Shown piece by piece: positions 28,345-38,026 of a stretch of 64,000 nt of DNA. The position numbers and the translations under genes are program-made. The notes below the pieces were generated by a model, which saw only the letters and a program-made list of their open reading frames with translations, made no database searches and had not been told where the DNA came from. The stretch's first letter is position 1, and every line of letters starts with the position of its first letter. Origin of the DNA: Cyanobacteria bacterium P01_H01_bin.105 (lineage in GTDB: Bacteria; Cyanobacteriota; Cyanobacteriia; Phormidesmidales; Phormidesmidaceae); assembly GCA_039178155.1 (NCBI GenBank), contig JBCDFI010000001.1, positions 39,267 through 103,266 on the forward strand, read 5' to 3'.

Positions 28345-31300
28345 ATGGACAACTTGATCTCCCAATTATGTCAACTTATCGTTGAGGTGCTGCAGGATAA
28401 ACCAGAGCTAGACCACGCTGAGTTGGTGGTATTGGTGGAAAAGGAAATTGCTACAAATCCTGATTTACGAGCCGCATTGCAGACTTATCAGCAGATGCAG
28501 CAAGACAACCAGAATGGCGCAGTAGGTTTTCAAACTCTGGTAAAAGAAGGGGGTATTGCCTATGTTGGCCCTCAATATCATCTACCAGAAGGAAAATTAA
28601 CCGCTATTTTAAACGATGTTCTCCGTAAAGAGCGGGTACCTGATTCTCATACTCATAATAATTTAAAGAATAGTGGAATTGCTAAATTTGTAGGACGAGA
28701 AACTGTTCTTAACCAAGTGCATAACAAGCTGAAAGAAGCTGAAAGAGTTGCTATCTCAACTTTGTCAGGAATGGGTGGAATTGGCAAAACTGAACTTGCT
28801 TTGCAATATGCTAAGCAGGAATGGAGAAAAGGGACTTATACAGGTGGAGTTTGTTGGGTCAATGTGGAAAGCAATGACTTCAGCTCTGATATTACAAGTT
28901 TTTTCGAGCATAAATTACAATTAGGCGAGCCTAGGGGTAATACTCCTGTTGAAAAAGTTCAATATTGTTGGAATAATTGGATTGAGGGGGACGTCCTAGT
29001 TATTTTTGACGACGTACGCAACTCCCAGCAGATTTTTGAACATTTACCCCCCTATGAATTAAAGAGATTTAAGGTATTAATCACAACTCGTTGTGAGCAT
29101 CTGTCTGATGTTATAGAAAATATTCATTTAGAAGAATTATCGGAAGAAGCTTCTCTTGATTTACTTCGTTCTTATGTTGGTAACGATAGAATTAATTCAC
29201 AGATTGAGCAAGCTAAACTACTTTGCCAGGATTTAGGCTATTTACCCCTCGCGTTAGAATTAATTGCTAGATTATTAAGGAAACGAGCATGGACCATCAA
29301 GGAAACAAGAGAGAAATTAAAGAAGCGAGGACTAAAAAGCGAAAATAGTTTGCTTAGTAAAAAGCACTCCGATGAAATGACTGCCAAAAAAGGTGTTAAG
29401 GCAGCATTTGGCTTAAGTTGGGATGAACTAAAGGATGAACCTAAGACTCAGAAGTTAGCTCTTTATCTAAGTTTATTTGCTGTTGCTCCAATTCAGCAAA
29501 CATGGATTGAGGAACTGTTTCCTGAAGAAGATAGAGATGATATTGAAGAATGGCTAATTGATAATTTGGTTAACTTAAATTTAGTTAAGCTAACAGGTGA
29601 CAGTCAATATGAGCTACATCGTTTAATTCATCTTTATTTAAGAGAAACACTAGAGGAATCTGAATTCTCAACAGCTGCAAAGCAAGACTATTGTAAGCTG
29701 TTTATTTCAAAGTGTGAGAAATTCACACAAATACTCTCACCTCCTCAAATTGAAAGGTTAACGCCTTTAATTCCTCATATAAAACAAGTCGTAAAGCATT
29801 ATTATGATCATATTGTTGATGATTATGATGACTATATTCCTGGGAACTGGAACTTACCCATTAAAGCGATTAGTAGTTTCTACGTAAGTCAAGGTTTTTA
29901 TCCTCAAGCAATCCAATATTTTCGAGAATATTTAGAAACTACTAAGAAAAAATTTGGTGAACTTGATATTCATCTAATGGTTCCTTCGAATGACTTTGCA
30001 CTTGTTTTAAAGGATAGGGGGCAATACATCGAGGCGTTAAAATTATTAGATGAAGCTCGAAAAATTGCTATAAGCCATCTAGGTGAAAATCATCATGAAA
30101 CTATGATGATAACCAATGCAATAGGCGATACTTATCGCCAAATGGGAGAATATGAAAAAGCTGAAAAAATACTAAGTAAATTATTTTCTAAAGTTCTACC
30201 GCAAAATCTGTTTAAGCAAGGCATGGAAGAGATTTATATCTCTGACCTTGTTTTTTGCGTCCCTAACAATTTAGGGTTAGTCTACAATGAGATGAAAAGA
30301 TATGTAGACGCAGAAAACTGTTTTAAGTATGTCTTAATTTATTTTGAAAGTAAGAGTGAAAACAATTTTTATTTTACGCAAGCTGCTCAGAATCTAGGCA
30401 GTTTATATATCGAAATGGAGAGATACGAGGAGGCTGAAGCTTACTTGAAAAAAGCTTTAAAAATAAACAAGCTAATTCTTGATCGGAAAAATCTTAAATA
30501 CCGCTTAAATTTAGCAAAATTGGCAAGCCTATATATTAATGAAAATAAATTAGACGATGCTGAAAAGCTATTTGTTGAATTATTCGAATTACAACTTAAC
30601 TTAGATTACTTAGAACCTACAGCATTAAAACACTTAAAGTATGTTGCTTCTCAATATTTTGATAAAGGGCTATATGGAAAGGTGGAAGAAACATCCTTGA
30701 AAATTTACCAGCTCTATCACAAGTTTCAGTTAACTAACTCAATAGAATATTGTGAATCCTTAAATCTGCTAGCGAAATCTTATACTTATGTTGCTAATCC
30801 TCAAGAAGCAATTAAGTTGATGAGAGAAGCAATCGATATAGAAAAGAAACTACTTTCCCAATCCAACAAAACACAAAAGGAATCTGATTCTGGCCTTTCC
30901 CTTGAATTAACTACTACTACAAGCTTTGAAAATTTAGGAATGGCTTGGTGGAATTTAGCCCAAAAAATTAAACATCCTGCACAACGAAATCAACGTGTAA
31001 ATGCCTTATTAGAGGCTGAGAGATATACTAAATACTCCTTAGAATTTTTTCAACAAGTCTCTGGACAAAGTGATAATAAAGAAACTCAATATACAATTTC
31101 AGCTGCACATAATAATCTTGGGCTAATTTTAGAAGATTTAAAGAAATACTCAGAGGCTGAAATAAGTTATAAAATTGCTTTAAGATTAAGACGGCAAGAA
31201 TACGGGAATGAAAATTATCTTGTTGGGCAATCATTGCTAAATCTCGCTGCTTGTTACGATTGGCAAGAGAAGAACAATGGCGCAATTGAAAAAATGTTAC

Positions 31301-31572
31301 TGGAATGCAAGGCGATTTGGGAGAGCCTGTTAGAGTCTAGTCACCCTGAGATGGTGCACTGTTATGCTCATCTAGCAGGATTTTATGACCGTGTAAGGCA
31401 ATTTAAGAAAGCTATTCACTACTACCAAAAAGCAATCGAAAATTGTCGTGTAAGGCAAGATAGTAGCGTTGGTTTTTATGAACAAAAGTTAGAAAATTGT
31501 ATTAAGCGAAGCCAAAAACTGAAACCTAGAAAATCCAAGCGCTCTTCTAAGAAGCCGAAAGGTTTCGGATAA
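28345..31572 (+). CDS. NLR-like NB-ARC-TPR protein with N-terminal amyloid motif
   Basis: FVGRE, GMGGIGKT, VIFDDV, LGYLPLAL, TPRs; N-terminal MQQDNQNGAVGFQTLVKEGGIAYVG. Confidence 0.9.
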   Translation: MDNLISQLCQLIVEVLQDKPELDHAELVVLVEKEIATNPDLRAALQTYQQMQQDNQNGAVGFQTLVKEGGIAYVGPQYHLPEGKLTAILNDVLRKERVPDSHTHNNLKNSGIAKFVGRETVLNQVHNKLKEAERVAISTLSGMGGIGKTELALQYAKQEWRKGTYTGGVCWVNVESNDFSSDITSFFEHKLQLGEPRGNTPVEKVQYCWNNWIEGDVLVIFDDVRNSQQIFEHLPPYELKRFKVLITTRCEHLSDVIENIHLEELSEEASLDLLRSYVGNDRINSQIEQAKLLCQDLGYLPLALELIARLLRKRAWTIKETREKLKKRGLKSENSLLSKKHSDEMTAKKGVKAAFGLSWDELKDEPKTQKLALYLSLFAVAPIQQTWIEELFPEEDRDDIEEWLIDNLVNLNLVKLTGDSQYELHRLIHLYLRETLEESEFSTAAKQDYCKLFISKCEKFTQILSPPQIERLTPLIPHIKQVVKHYYDHIVDDYDDYIPGNWNLPIKAISSFYVSQGFYPQAIQYFREYLETTKKKFGELDIHLMVPSNDFALVLKDRGQYIEALKLLDEARKIAISHLGENHHETMMITNAIGDTYRQMGEYEKAEKILSKLFSKVLPQNLFKQGMEEIYISDLVFCVPNNLGLVYNEMKRYVDAENCFKYVLIYFESKSENNFYFTQAAQNLGSLYIEMERYEEAEAYLKKALKINKLILDRKNLKYRLNLAKLASLYINENKLDDAEKLFVELFELQLNLDYLEPTALKHLKYVASQYFDKGLYGKVEETSLKIYQLYHKFQLTNSIEYCESLNLLAKSYTYVANPQEAIKLMREAIDIEKKLLSQSNKTQKESDSGLSLELTTTTSFENLGMAWWNLAQKIKHPAQRNQRVNALLEAERYTKYSLEFFQQVSGQSDNKETQYTISAAHNNLGLILEDLKKYSEAEISYKIALRLRRQEYGNENYLVGQSLLNLAACYDWQEKNNGAIEKMLLECKAIWESLLESSHPEMVHCYAHLAGFYDRVRQFKKAIHYYQKAIENCRVRQDSSVGFYEQKLENCIKRSQKLKPRKSKRSSKKPKGFG

Positions 31573-31680
31573 ATTATAATCAATACGATGCATACGACTC
31601 GAAGTCGGCCAAGGGTGTTGGAGAAAGTGCAGAATAAAAATGTACTTCAAGGACAATTGAAATCCTAATAGGAAAGGTTG

Positions 31681-32061
31681 ATGGATCCCATTACTGTGGC
31701 GACGATTGCTCTGATGCTGATTGCGACCAAAGCAACGGAGAAGGTAGGCGAGAAACTTGGAGAAGGCGCGATCGCCTCTACTAAAAACCTGCTAGAAATC
31801 CTGCGGCAAAAGTCGCCGGACACAGTGAAGCGGTTAGAGTCTGGAGCCACAACTCCTGATGTCATCGATTGTGAAATCATTGAAGAAGTTCAGCGAGTTG
31901 CGGCAGCGGAACCAGAGGTGCAAGAAGCTTTGAATGCCACAGCACAAGCGATGCAGCAGCAGTTTGGCACCGTGATCAATCAGGGCAAGTTGGCGGAAAA
32001 AATTGGTTTTGTATTCCAGGGAGGATATAACCCTGTAAAGATTGAGAAGTTTGAGTTATGA
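31681..32061 (+). CDS. Second Bell-domain protein with a different C-terminal amyloid-like motif
   Basis: MDPITVATIA...KVGEKLGE...EPEV, then VINQGKLAEKIGFVFQGGYNPVKIEKFEL. Confidence 0.7.
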   Translation: MDPITVATIALMLIATKATEKVGEKLGEGAIASTKNLLEILRQKSPDTVKRLESGATTPDVIDCEIIEEVQRVAAAEPEVQEALNATAQAMQQQFGTVINQGKLAEKIGFVFQGGYNPVKIEKFEL

Positions 32062-35000
32062 CTGGAGTCGTCGGGAGAGGCACCGACAAAGTCAAGTACC
32101 TTAAACTACGGACTTAATACCCTTGGCTCAGCGTTGTTTGTTGGACGACGTGCTGAACTAGATGCGCTGCATCACAAACTTACTCACTCAAAAGCTAAGA
32201 CCGCTCATCAAGTTGTTATTGCAGCAGCAGCAGGAATGGGTGGTGTTGGCAAGACTGCTCTAGCACGGGCCTATGTGCGGGAAACAATAAAAACTAACAT
32301 TTATCCTGGTGGAATCTGGTGGTTACAGGTCAGAGAGATAGGTCTGGTATCAGAAGTCATTACAGCAGCAGCATTCTTTGGTTGGAAAATACCAGATAAT
32401 CTGCCAAGTGTGGAGAAGCAGGTAGCGTGGTGTTGGAGTCAATGGCAAACGTTATCTCCTGGAACTAGACTTTTAGTATTAGACGATGTGCTTGATTATG
32501 ATCAGGTGCGTCATTTTTTGCCTGGAGATGAATCTTTTCGAGTGCTGCTGACCTCCCGAGTGCGATTTGGGACCCCTGTAAATCGATTAGATTTGGAGGT
32601 AATGAAAAAAGCTGAAGCATTTCGGACATTTCGACAATATGTAGGGGATGATGAGCGTATTCGAGCAGATGTAGACACAGCGAAAAAAATATTACATTGG
32701 TTGGGGTATTTACCTTTAGGGATTGAATTAGTTGGGAAATATCTAGAACATCGCCCTAGCGTTGACCTTGCTACCTTATGGGAAAGGCTTCAGGAAAGTC
32801 GATTGAATGCCCAAGCGCTAACAGAATTACCTGCTGAACGAGTTTATGAGCGCAATATTCGCGCTGCAATAGCTCTAAGTTGGCAGGATTTATCCGACCT
32901 AGCAAAGTGTTTATCAGGACTTTTGGCTATCTTTGCGTTAGCTCCTATTCAAAAAAATTGGATTATTGCAGCTCTATCTAATGCTAATGTTGAAGAAATA
33001 GAAGATGCCCTAGATGGAGAACTGGTATACAGCTCAATGGTTCAGTTGTTAGGACAGGGGCGCTATCAACTTCACCAATTGGTGAGAGAATTTTTTATTG
33101 AGCATTTATCTACTACTCTTGTATCTCATGCAGAAAATCTGCAAAGAGGTATGGCAATCGCAATTACTGATATTGCCAGGACTATTCCACAAACCTTTAA
33201 TCTTAGCAATCTAGCTCAGTTACAAGATGCTATCCCTCATTTCTTTATCGTTACTGAGCATCTTACCCACTTATTGCCAGATAACGATGTTATGCGTCTG
33301 TTTACTTCCCTAGCTTGGCTGTCGGAAGGGCAGAGTCAATGGGCGGATGCTGAATACTGGCACACCAAACGTCTTACTCATGCTGAAACCAACTTTGGAA
33401 CTAATCATCCTGATTTTGCTGTAAGTCTCAATAACCTTGCAGAATTCTACCAAAAAAGAGGAAAATACAATCAAGCACATCCACTCTATGAGCAAGCACT
33501 TATTATTCTGGAGCAACGGATTGGAGTTAACCAACCTAGTTTTTCAAATATCTTAAATAATTTGGCATCACTATACTATGCGACAGGTCGCTATGATGAA
33601 GCGGAACCTCTATTTCAACAATCGATTACTATCTTAGAGCAGCAGTTAGAGATCGATTATCCTACTCTCGCTAATAGGCTAAATAATCTAGCAACACTTT
33701 ATCAGGCAACGGGAAAATTAATGAGAGCAGAAGCTCTTTATAAGCGATCGCTCAATTTTCGAAAGCAGTATCTCGGAGCTGAACATCCTCATTTTGCCCA
33801 GAGCTTGAATAGTCTCGCAAATTTGTATTTAGTGATAGGCCACTATGAGGAAGCAGAATCTCTATTAAAACAATCGATCATGATTCAAGAACAACAACTA
33901 GGAACTAATCATCCTGATATTTCTAGCAGTTTGAATAGTCTTGGAGAACTTTATCAAGTGATGGAGCGCTATGAAGAGGCAGAAGCTCTTTATAAGCGGT
34001 CACTTCTGATTCAAGAACAAAAATTAGGAGGCGATCATCCACATATTACTAATACCTTAAATAGCATGTCGATACTATTCGTCGTCATGGGACGCTACGA
34101 CGAAGCAGAAAGCCTATTACTGAGAGCAATCAGAATCGATAAACAAGTATATGGAATTAATCACCCTAATTTTGCTATCGATCTTGGTAATTTAGGGAAT
34201 TTATACCAAGAAATGGGGCAATACTATCAAGCGGAAGAACTAATGCGGCAGTCAATTGCTATTCAAGAGCAGCAGTTGGGAGCCAATCATTTTAAGGTTG
34301 CCACTGGTTTGAATAACTTAGCATTGTTATGTAGAGACATGGGACGTTATAATGAAGCAGAATCTCTCATGCGACAATCAATTGCTATTAGCATAGAGCA
34401 GTTAGGAGAGAATCACCCTGCTATTGCAAATAACCTCAATAGTTTAGCATCTATATATCAAGCGATCGGGCGCTATAGTCAAGCAGAAAAGCTCTTCAAG
34501 AGAGCGTTTATCATTCAAAGAAAACAGTTAGGATATAACTCTTCTGAGGCTGCCCGAAGCCTCAGTAATTTAGGGGATCTATACGGATTAATGGGGCGTT
34601 ATAGTGAGGCAGAAAACCTCATGCAGCGAGCACTAACTATTCAAGAACAACAATTAGGGGCTAGCCATCCTAATGTTGCTCACAGCCTAAATAATCTAGC
34701 ATCACTATATGAATCAATGGGACGTTATAGTGAGGCAGAACTTCTCTTCAAGAGATCAACTGTTATCCTGCAACAGCGCTTAGGAGCTGATCATCCAACT
34801 CTTGCCACTATATTACATAACCTAGGATCCCTTTACAAGCTGATGGGACGTTACGATGAGGCAGAATCCATATTACAGAAATCAATAACTATTCAGGAAC
34901 AGCACTTGGGACCCGAGCACCCCAGTATTGCCATTGGTTTGAACGGTTTGGCAGAACTATATCGATCAGTAGGTAATTATGAAGAAGCAGAAGCTCTTTA

Positions 35001-35358
35001 TAAGCGTGCTAATGCTATTTGGGAACAGCAGGGAAACAATCATCCCGAGATTGCCACTGTTCTAAATAATTTGGCCTTGTTGTATGAGGCAGTGGGGCGA
35101 TATAGAGACGCAGAACCTCTTTATAAACGCGCAATTACGATTAATAAACAATACCTAGGTGATGGGCACCCTAAGTTCGCTCAATGCCTTAATAATCTTG
35201 CTTTGCTGTATGAGTCGATGAAACGTTATAACGACGCAAAACCACTTTTTGAGCAATCTCTACGAATTCGAGAATATAAATTGGGGCTTGAACATCCATA
35301 CACACTCAATACCAAAAGGCACTTAGAGCGATTACGAGGGAAGATGGGTGAAAATTAA
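32062..35358 (+). CDS. NB-ARC + 42-aa TPR-repeat NLR, in frame with the upstream Bell gene
   Basis: GMGGVGKT, LVLDDV, LGYLPLGI and many HP..A..LNNLA repeats; the frame is open from 32062, while the ORF-track TTG start falls at the LFVGR motif. Confidence 0.85.
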   Translation: MESSGEAPTKSSTLNYGLNTLGSALFVGRRAELDALHHKLTHSKAKTAHQVVIAAAAGMGGVGKTALARAYVRETIKTNIYPGGIWWLQVREIGLVSEVITAAAFFGWKIPDNLPSVEKQVAWCWSQWQTLSPGTRLLVLDDVLDYDQVRHFLPGDESFRVLLTSRVRFGTPVNRLDLEVMKKAEAFRTFRQYVGDDERIRADVDTAKKILHWLGYLPLGIELVGKYLEHRPSVDLATLWERLQESRLNAQALTELPAERVYERNIRAAIALSWQDLSDLAKCLSGLLAIFALAPIQKNWIIAALSNANVEEIEDALDGELVYSSMVQLLGQGRYQLHQLVREFFIEHLSTTLVSHAENLQRGMAIAITDIARTIPQTFNLSNLAQLQDAIPHFFIVTEHLTHLLPDNDVMRLFTSLAWLSEGQSQWADAEYWHTKRLTHAETNFGTNHPDFAVSLNNLAEFYQKRGKYNQAHPLYEQALIILEQRIGVNQPSFSNILNNLASLYYATGRYDEAEPLFQQSITILEQQLEIDYPTLANRLNNLATLYQATGKLMRAEALYKRSLNFRKQYLGAEHPHFAQSLNSLANLYLVIGHYEEAESLLKQSIMIQEQQLGTNHPDISSSLNSLGELYQVMERYEEAEALYKRSLLIQEQKLGGDHPHITNTLNSMSILFVVMGRYDEAESLLLRAIRIDKQVYGINHPNFAIDLGNLGNLYQEMGQYYQAEELMRQSIAIQEQQLGANHFKVATGLNNLALLCRDMGRYNEAESLMRQSIAISIEQLGENHPAIANNLNSLASIYQAIGRYSQAEKLFKRAFIIQRKQLGYNSSEAARSLSNLGDLYGLMGRYSEAENLMQRALTIQEQQLGASHPNVAHSLNNLASLYESMGRYSEAELLFKRSTVILQQRLGADHPTLATILHNLGSLYKLMGRYDEAESILQKSITIQEQHLGPEHPSIAIGLNGLAELYRSVGNYEEAEALYKRANAIWEQQGNNHPEIATVLNNLALLYEAVGRYRDAEPLYKRAITINKQYLGDGHPKFAQCLNNLALLYESMKRYNDAKPLFEQSLRIREYKLGLEHPYTLNTKRHLERLRGKMGEN

Positions 35359-35590
35359 AGGATTGAAATTGAGTATAGGGTTAAAGTTGCAACTTGTTGT
35401 TCATTACTTGAAGTCAGGGAAAATCCAAAAGTAAAATCGCTGCCTAACCTAACGCAGAAGCAGGTGGGGTAGTTAGAGAGAAGAGAAGACCAAAAAGTGT
35501 ACTTGAAGCGCAATCCAAACCCGAAAAATCTATAAAGCAAAAAATAACTAGACGAGTGAGCAATCCATCAACGGAAGCCCACCCACCCTA
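35355..35590 (+). repeat. Intergenic repeat family A copy
   Basis: TTAAAGGATTGAAA (contains the NLR stop), TACTTGAAG, GAAAAATCTATAAAGCAAAAAATAA. Confidence 0.65.
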
Positions 35591-35612
35591 ATCAAAAGGA
35601 TACTACCAGTAG

Positions 35613-36221
35613 CTAACGAACCAGAGACACCCCAACGATCGCCAGAGCCAATTGACGCCACTTGAGCGGCAAACTATCCACCATAGGCGTACTGACATGG
35701 TGAGAGGGCATTTCATCAATCTCTCCAAACAAATGGTGAGTGACCGCCTTCTCAATTTCAAGCACAGAAATATCTGCCCACTGGCGACCGTTCAAGAGCT
35801 GGTCCCAATCCAGGCCGGTGCGATCAGCGACATCCGTAACCGTTTGCTTCCATCCCTGATGAGGGCTTCTCAGGTGTGCTACGTGGTGCCAGATATGTTC
35901 TGGTTGACTTGAGGGGGAATTTAGAAGTCTTGCTAATTCTGATAGCTGATTAGGATTGGCATATCGGATTGCTTCGTAAAAGCCATACATGCCGTACTGC
36001 GGGCGTCCGCCTAAGAACAGGTGAGCAACGGCCCAACCCGCTAGCCCCACAATACCGCCTAACGCAATAACGGGAGGTGCGCCGATGGCTATGGCTCCAC
36101 CACCCACGGCAAGGCCCATTCCGCCGACCGTGTTGGCTACGATAACCCCGCCAGCTGCTCCTAGGCTGCAAGCAGCTCCGGCTTCTAGGATTTCAGGTGT
36201 TGGTGTTTTATCGTTTGGCAC
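35613..36221 (-). CDS. Gly-rich hydrophobic hairpin protein with a helical (possibly YaaW-like) C-terminal domain
   Basis: Likely GTG start at 36221; GGMGLAVGGGAIAIGAPPV; WKQTVTDVADR...EIEKAV. Confidence 0.6.
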   Translation of the reverse strand: MPNDKTPTPEILEAGAACSLGAAGGVIVANTVGGMGLAVGGGAIAIGAPPVIALGGIVGLAGWAVAHLFLGGRPQYGMYGFYEAIRYANPNQLSELARLLNSPSSQPEHIWHHVAHLRSPHQGWKQTVTDVADRTGLDWDQLLNGRQWADISVLEIEKAVTHHLFGEIDEMPSHHVSTPMVDSLPLKWRQLALAIVGVSLVR

Positions 36222-36225
36222 GGGG

Positions 36226-36465
36226 TTAGGGGTGTGATTGTTTACTACGCTTATATGCTGCAACACCCTTACAAACGCCATAGCCAACTAAGCCTGCTGC
36301 CGCAACAATACCACCGACAGGCAAAGCAACGGCAGTGGTAGTCGTAAATCCCAGAACTCCTAAAACCCCAGGAGCAGAAGAGGTGATCGTAGCCACTGTG
36401 ACTGAGCCTGTACCCGTGGCAGCTGCTGAACTTGCGATCGCACCTACAACTTTCAAGTCATTCAT
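36226..36465 (-). CDS. Small Gly/Ala-rich hydrophobic protein
   Basis: RBS AAGGA; hydrophobic hairpin followed by a basic tail. Confidence 0.65.
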   Translation of the reverse strand: MNDLKVVGAIASSAAATGTGSVTVATITSSAPGVLGVLGFTTTTAVALPVGGIVAAAGLVGYGVCKGVAAYKRSKQSHP

Positions 36466-36500
36466 GGTTGGTCCTTTCTTTAAGAGTTTTGAATACGTTA

Positions 36501-36707
36501 TTAATTGCTGGAAGACTTATCAAAGGCCTTCTTGATACCATATATAGCCAAACCAGCTATAACACCAGCACTGACTACAGGAGTGGTACCAACAGCAATA
36601 GCCCCAAAACTGCCAGCTAATCCCATATTGCCAATTACGGCTGAGACGCCAGCCCCTACAACTCCACCACCAGCAGCAAATCCAGCTGCTTCAGCTTTTT
36701 TATTCAT
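36501..36707 (-). CDS. Small glycine-zipper-like protein
   Basis: GNMGLAGSFGAIAVGTTPV, homologous to the N-terminus of 35613..36221. Confidence 0.7.
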   Translation of the reverse strand: MNKKAEAAGFAAGGGVVGAGVSAVIGNMGLAGSFGAIAVGTTPVVSAGVIAGLAIYGIKKAFDKSSSN

Positions 36708-36884
36708 AATTTTTACCCTCTGTTATCCCCACAAGGTCTTTGAGCCAGGTACTCAATATGTTCTCCAACTCAGAGGGAAGCTCGAGAATTAAAACTGAGA
36801 TTTCACACAAAAAATAAATAAAAGAGCTGTACTTACTGCAACCATCAAAATGTTTTGGTCGTCTCCAAAGACATTGTCGGTAAT

Positions 36885-37048
36885 ATCACTGAAAATTTTA
36901 GAAAGTAAAAAATAATGAGAGGGGGTAGGTAGTACATCGGCAGTTACGGATGGAGGCTTCCTTTGAAGGTAATTAGGAGTAGTCCATCGAGGGTTGCTTA
37001 CCCCACCACCCTCACATCCCTCCTAGTGCTTTTTGAACAGAGGGGGTA
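36885..37048 (+). repeat. Intergenic repeat family A copy
   Basis: GAAAATTTTAGAAAGTAAAAAATAA...CCATCGAGGG..GCTTACCC...CTAGTGCTTTTTGAACAGAGGGGGTA. Confidence 0.8.
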
Positions 37049-37122
37049 CGTAAGGGCTGGATGAAAAAGCTATGAGAATCGTAACTGTATGCGAGCGTCA
37101 TCCCGTGCGATCGCACCGTTTA

Positions 37123-37422
37123 TCATTGGTAGACTAATGTATCATTCGCATCGTATTCCAGATCATGATTAACACCTGTAACATCCCCTAAGTCAAATAA
37201 GCATCGTTCCCAATTTTTAGGACCCATATCGAACGGGTTAGATACACCATGCTTAGAACACCATTCTAAGACCCGTACATGCCTGCTATCTTTATACAGG
37301 ACAAAACACCCCAGGATTCCAACAAGTCCTAGCGTATTCACTCCCACTGCAGCTATTCTGTCGCCTTGTGTAATTATGGGTGATTTATAGTTAGGAATCT
37401 CCGAATTAAGCCAATCCAACAT
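37123..37422 (-). CDS. Hypothetical protein
   Basis: 99-aa ORF, no recognised motif. Confidence 0.5.
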   Translation of the reverse strand: MLDWLNSEIPNYKSPIITQGDRIAAVGVNTLGLVGILGCFVLYKDSRHVRVLEWCSKHGVSNPFDMGPKNWERCLFDLGDVTGVNHDLEYDANDTLVYQ

Positions 37423-37665
37423 AATCTGTGTTTCCGTTTGTTTTTGTTTCTTTTGATTCTTCTAGATGCACCCGTTTCGTTGTTAGCAGAGAGTTAAACT
37501 CTCTCTCTAAATATAACACTCTAAAATCTCTTTAAGTGCATATTTAGCTATACTTTATGAGCAGACTACCTCTCTCTTAAACAAGCTTAAATGAGCTAAA
37601 GATTCGAGATTCTCGGAGAAGTCGAGAACCTCGAATGTATGTTATGCAGCACTTTTCTATCAAGC

Positions 37666-38010
37666 TCAAGCCGCCACAGGGCTCTTGAAAAGCTCTAGCA
37701 CCCGCTCAGACCATTTCAGATGCTGATACTGCGTAGGATTCTCGCCCTTATGCTCTTCCACCGTAAGAATCGAGTACTCCTTACCCTCTTCAGTAGGTAG
37801 CCATGCTGATTGGCCTGCCGAGTAGTCGCGGTTCTTCTTCTGGAGCCCATGAAGTTTCAAGCGACCATTCATTGTCTTGGCACTGATACCAAGACGCTTA
37901 CCAAGAGCTGTGGGAGTGAGATAGATGTCTTGCTCTTTATCTTTACTACGATCAGGGTGCGCTGCTAAGTACAGTTCGGTTCTAAAGTGAGTTAAGTCGA
38001 CAAGAACCAG
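37666..38010 (-). pseudogene. C-terminal remnant of a phage antirepressor-like protein
   Basis: Frame extends upstream of the ATG (...IYLTPTALGKRLGISAKTMNGRL...WLPTEEGKEY...LKWSE) and is cut off at the end of the STAND gene. Confidence 0.55.
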
Positions 38011-38026
38011 TTTTAGTTATTCTAAA

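Noticed and set aside
28330-28347. Readthrough fusion of the first Bell gene to its NLR (also in frame)
   Set aside because: Two TAG stops intervene, and this NLR has its own ATG and amyloid motif.
33400-35300. Diversity-generating retroelement TR/VR pair among the repeats
   Set aside because: These are ordinary 42-aa TPR coding repeats, and no reverse transcriptase is in the window.
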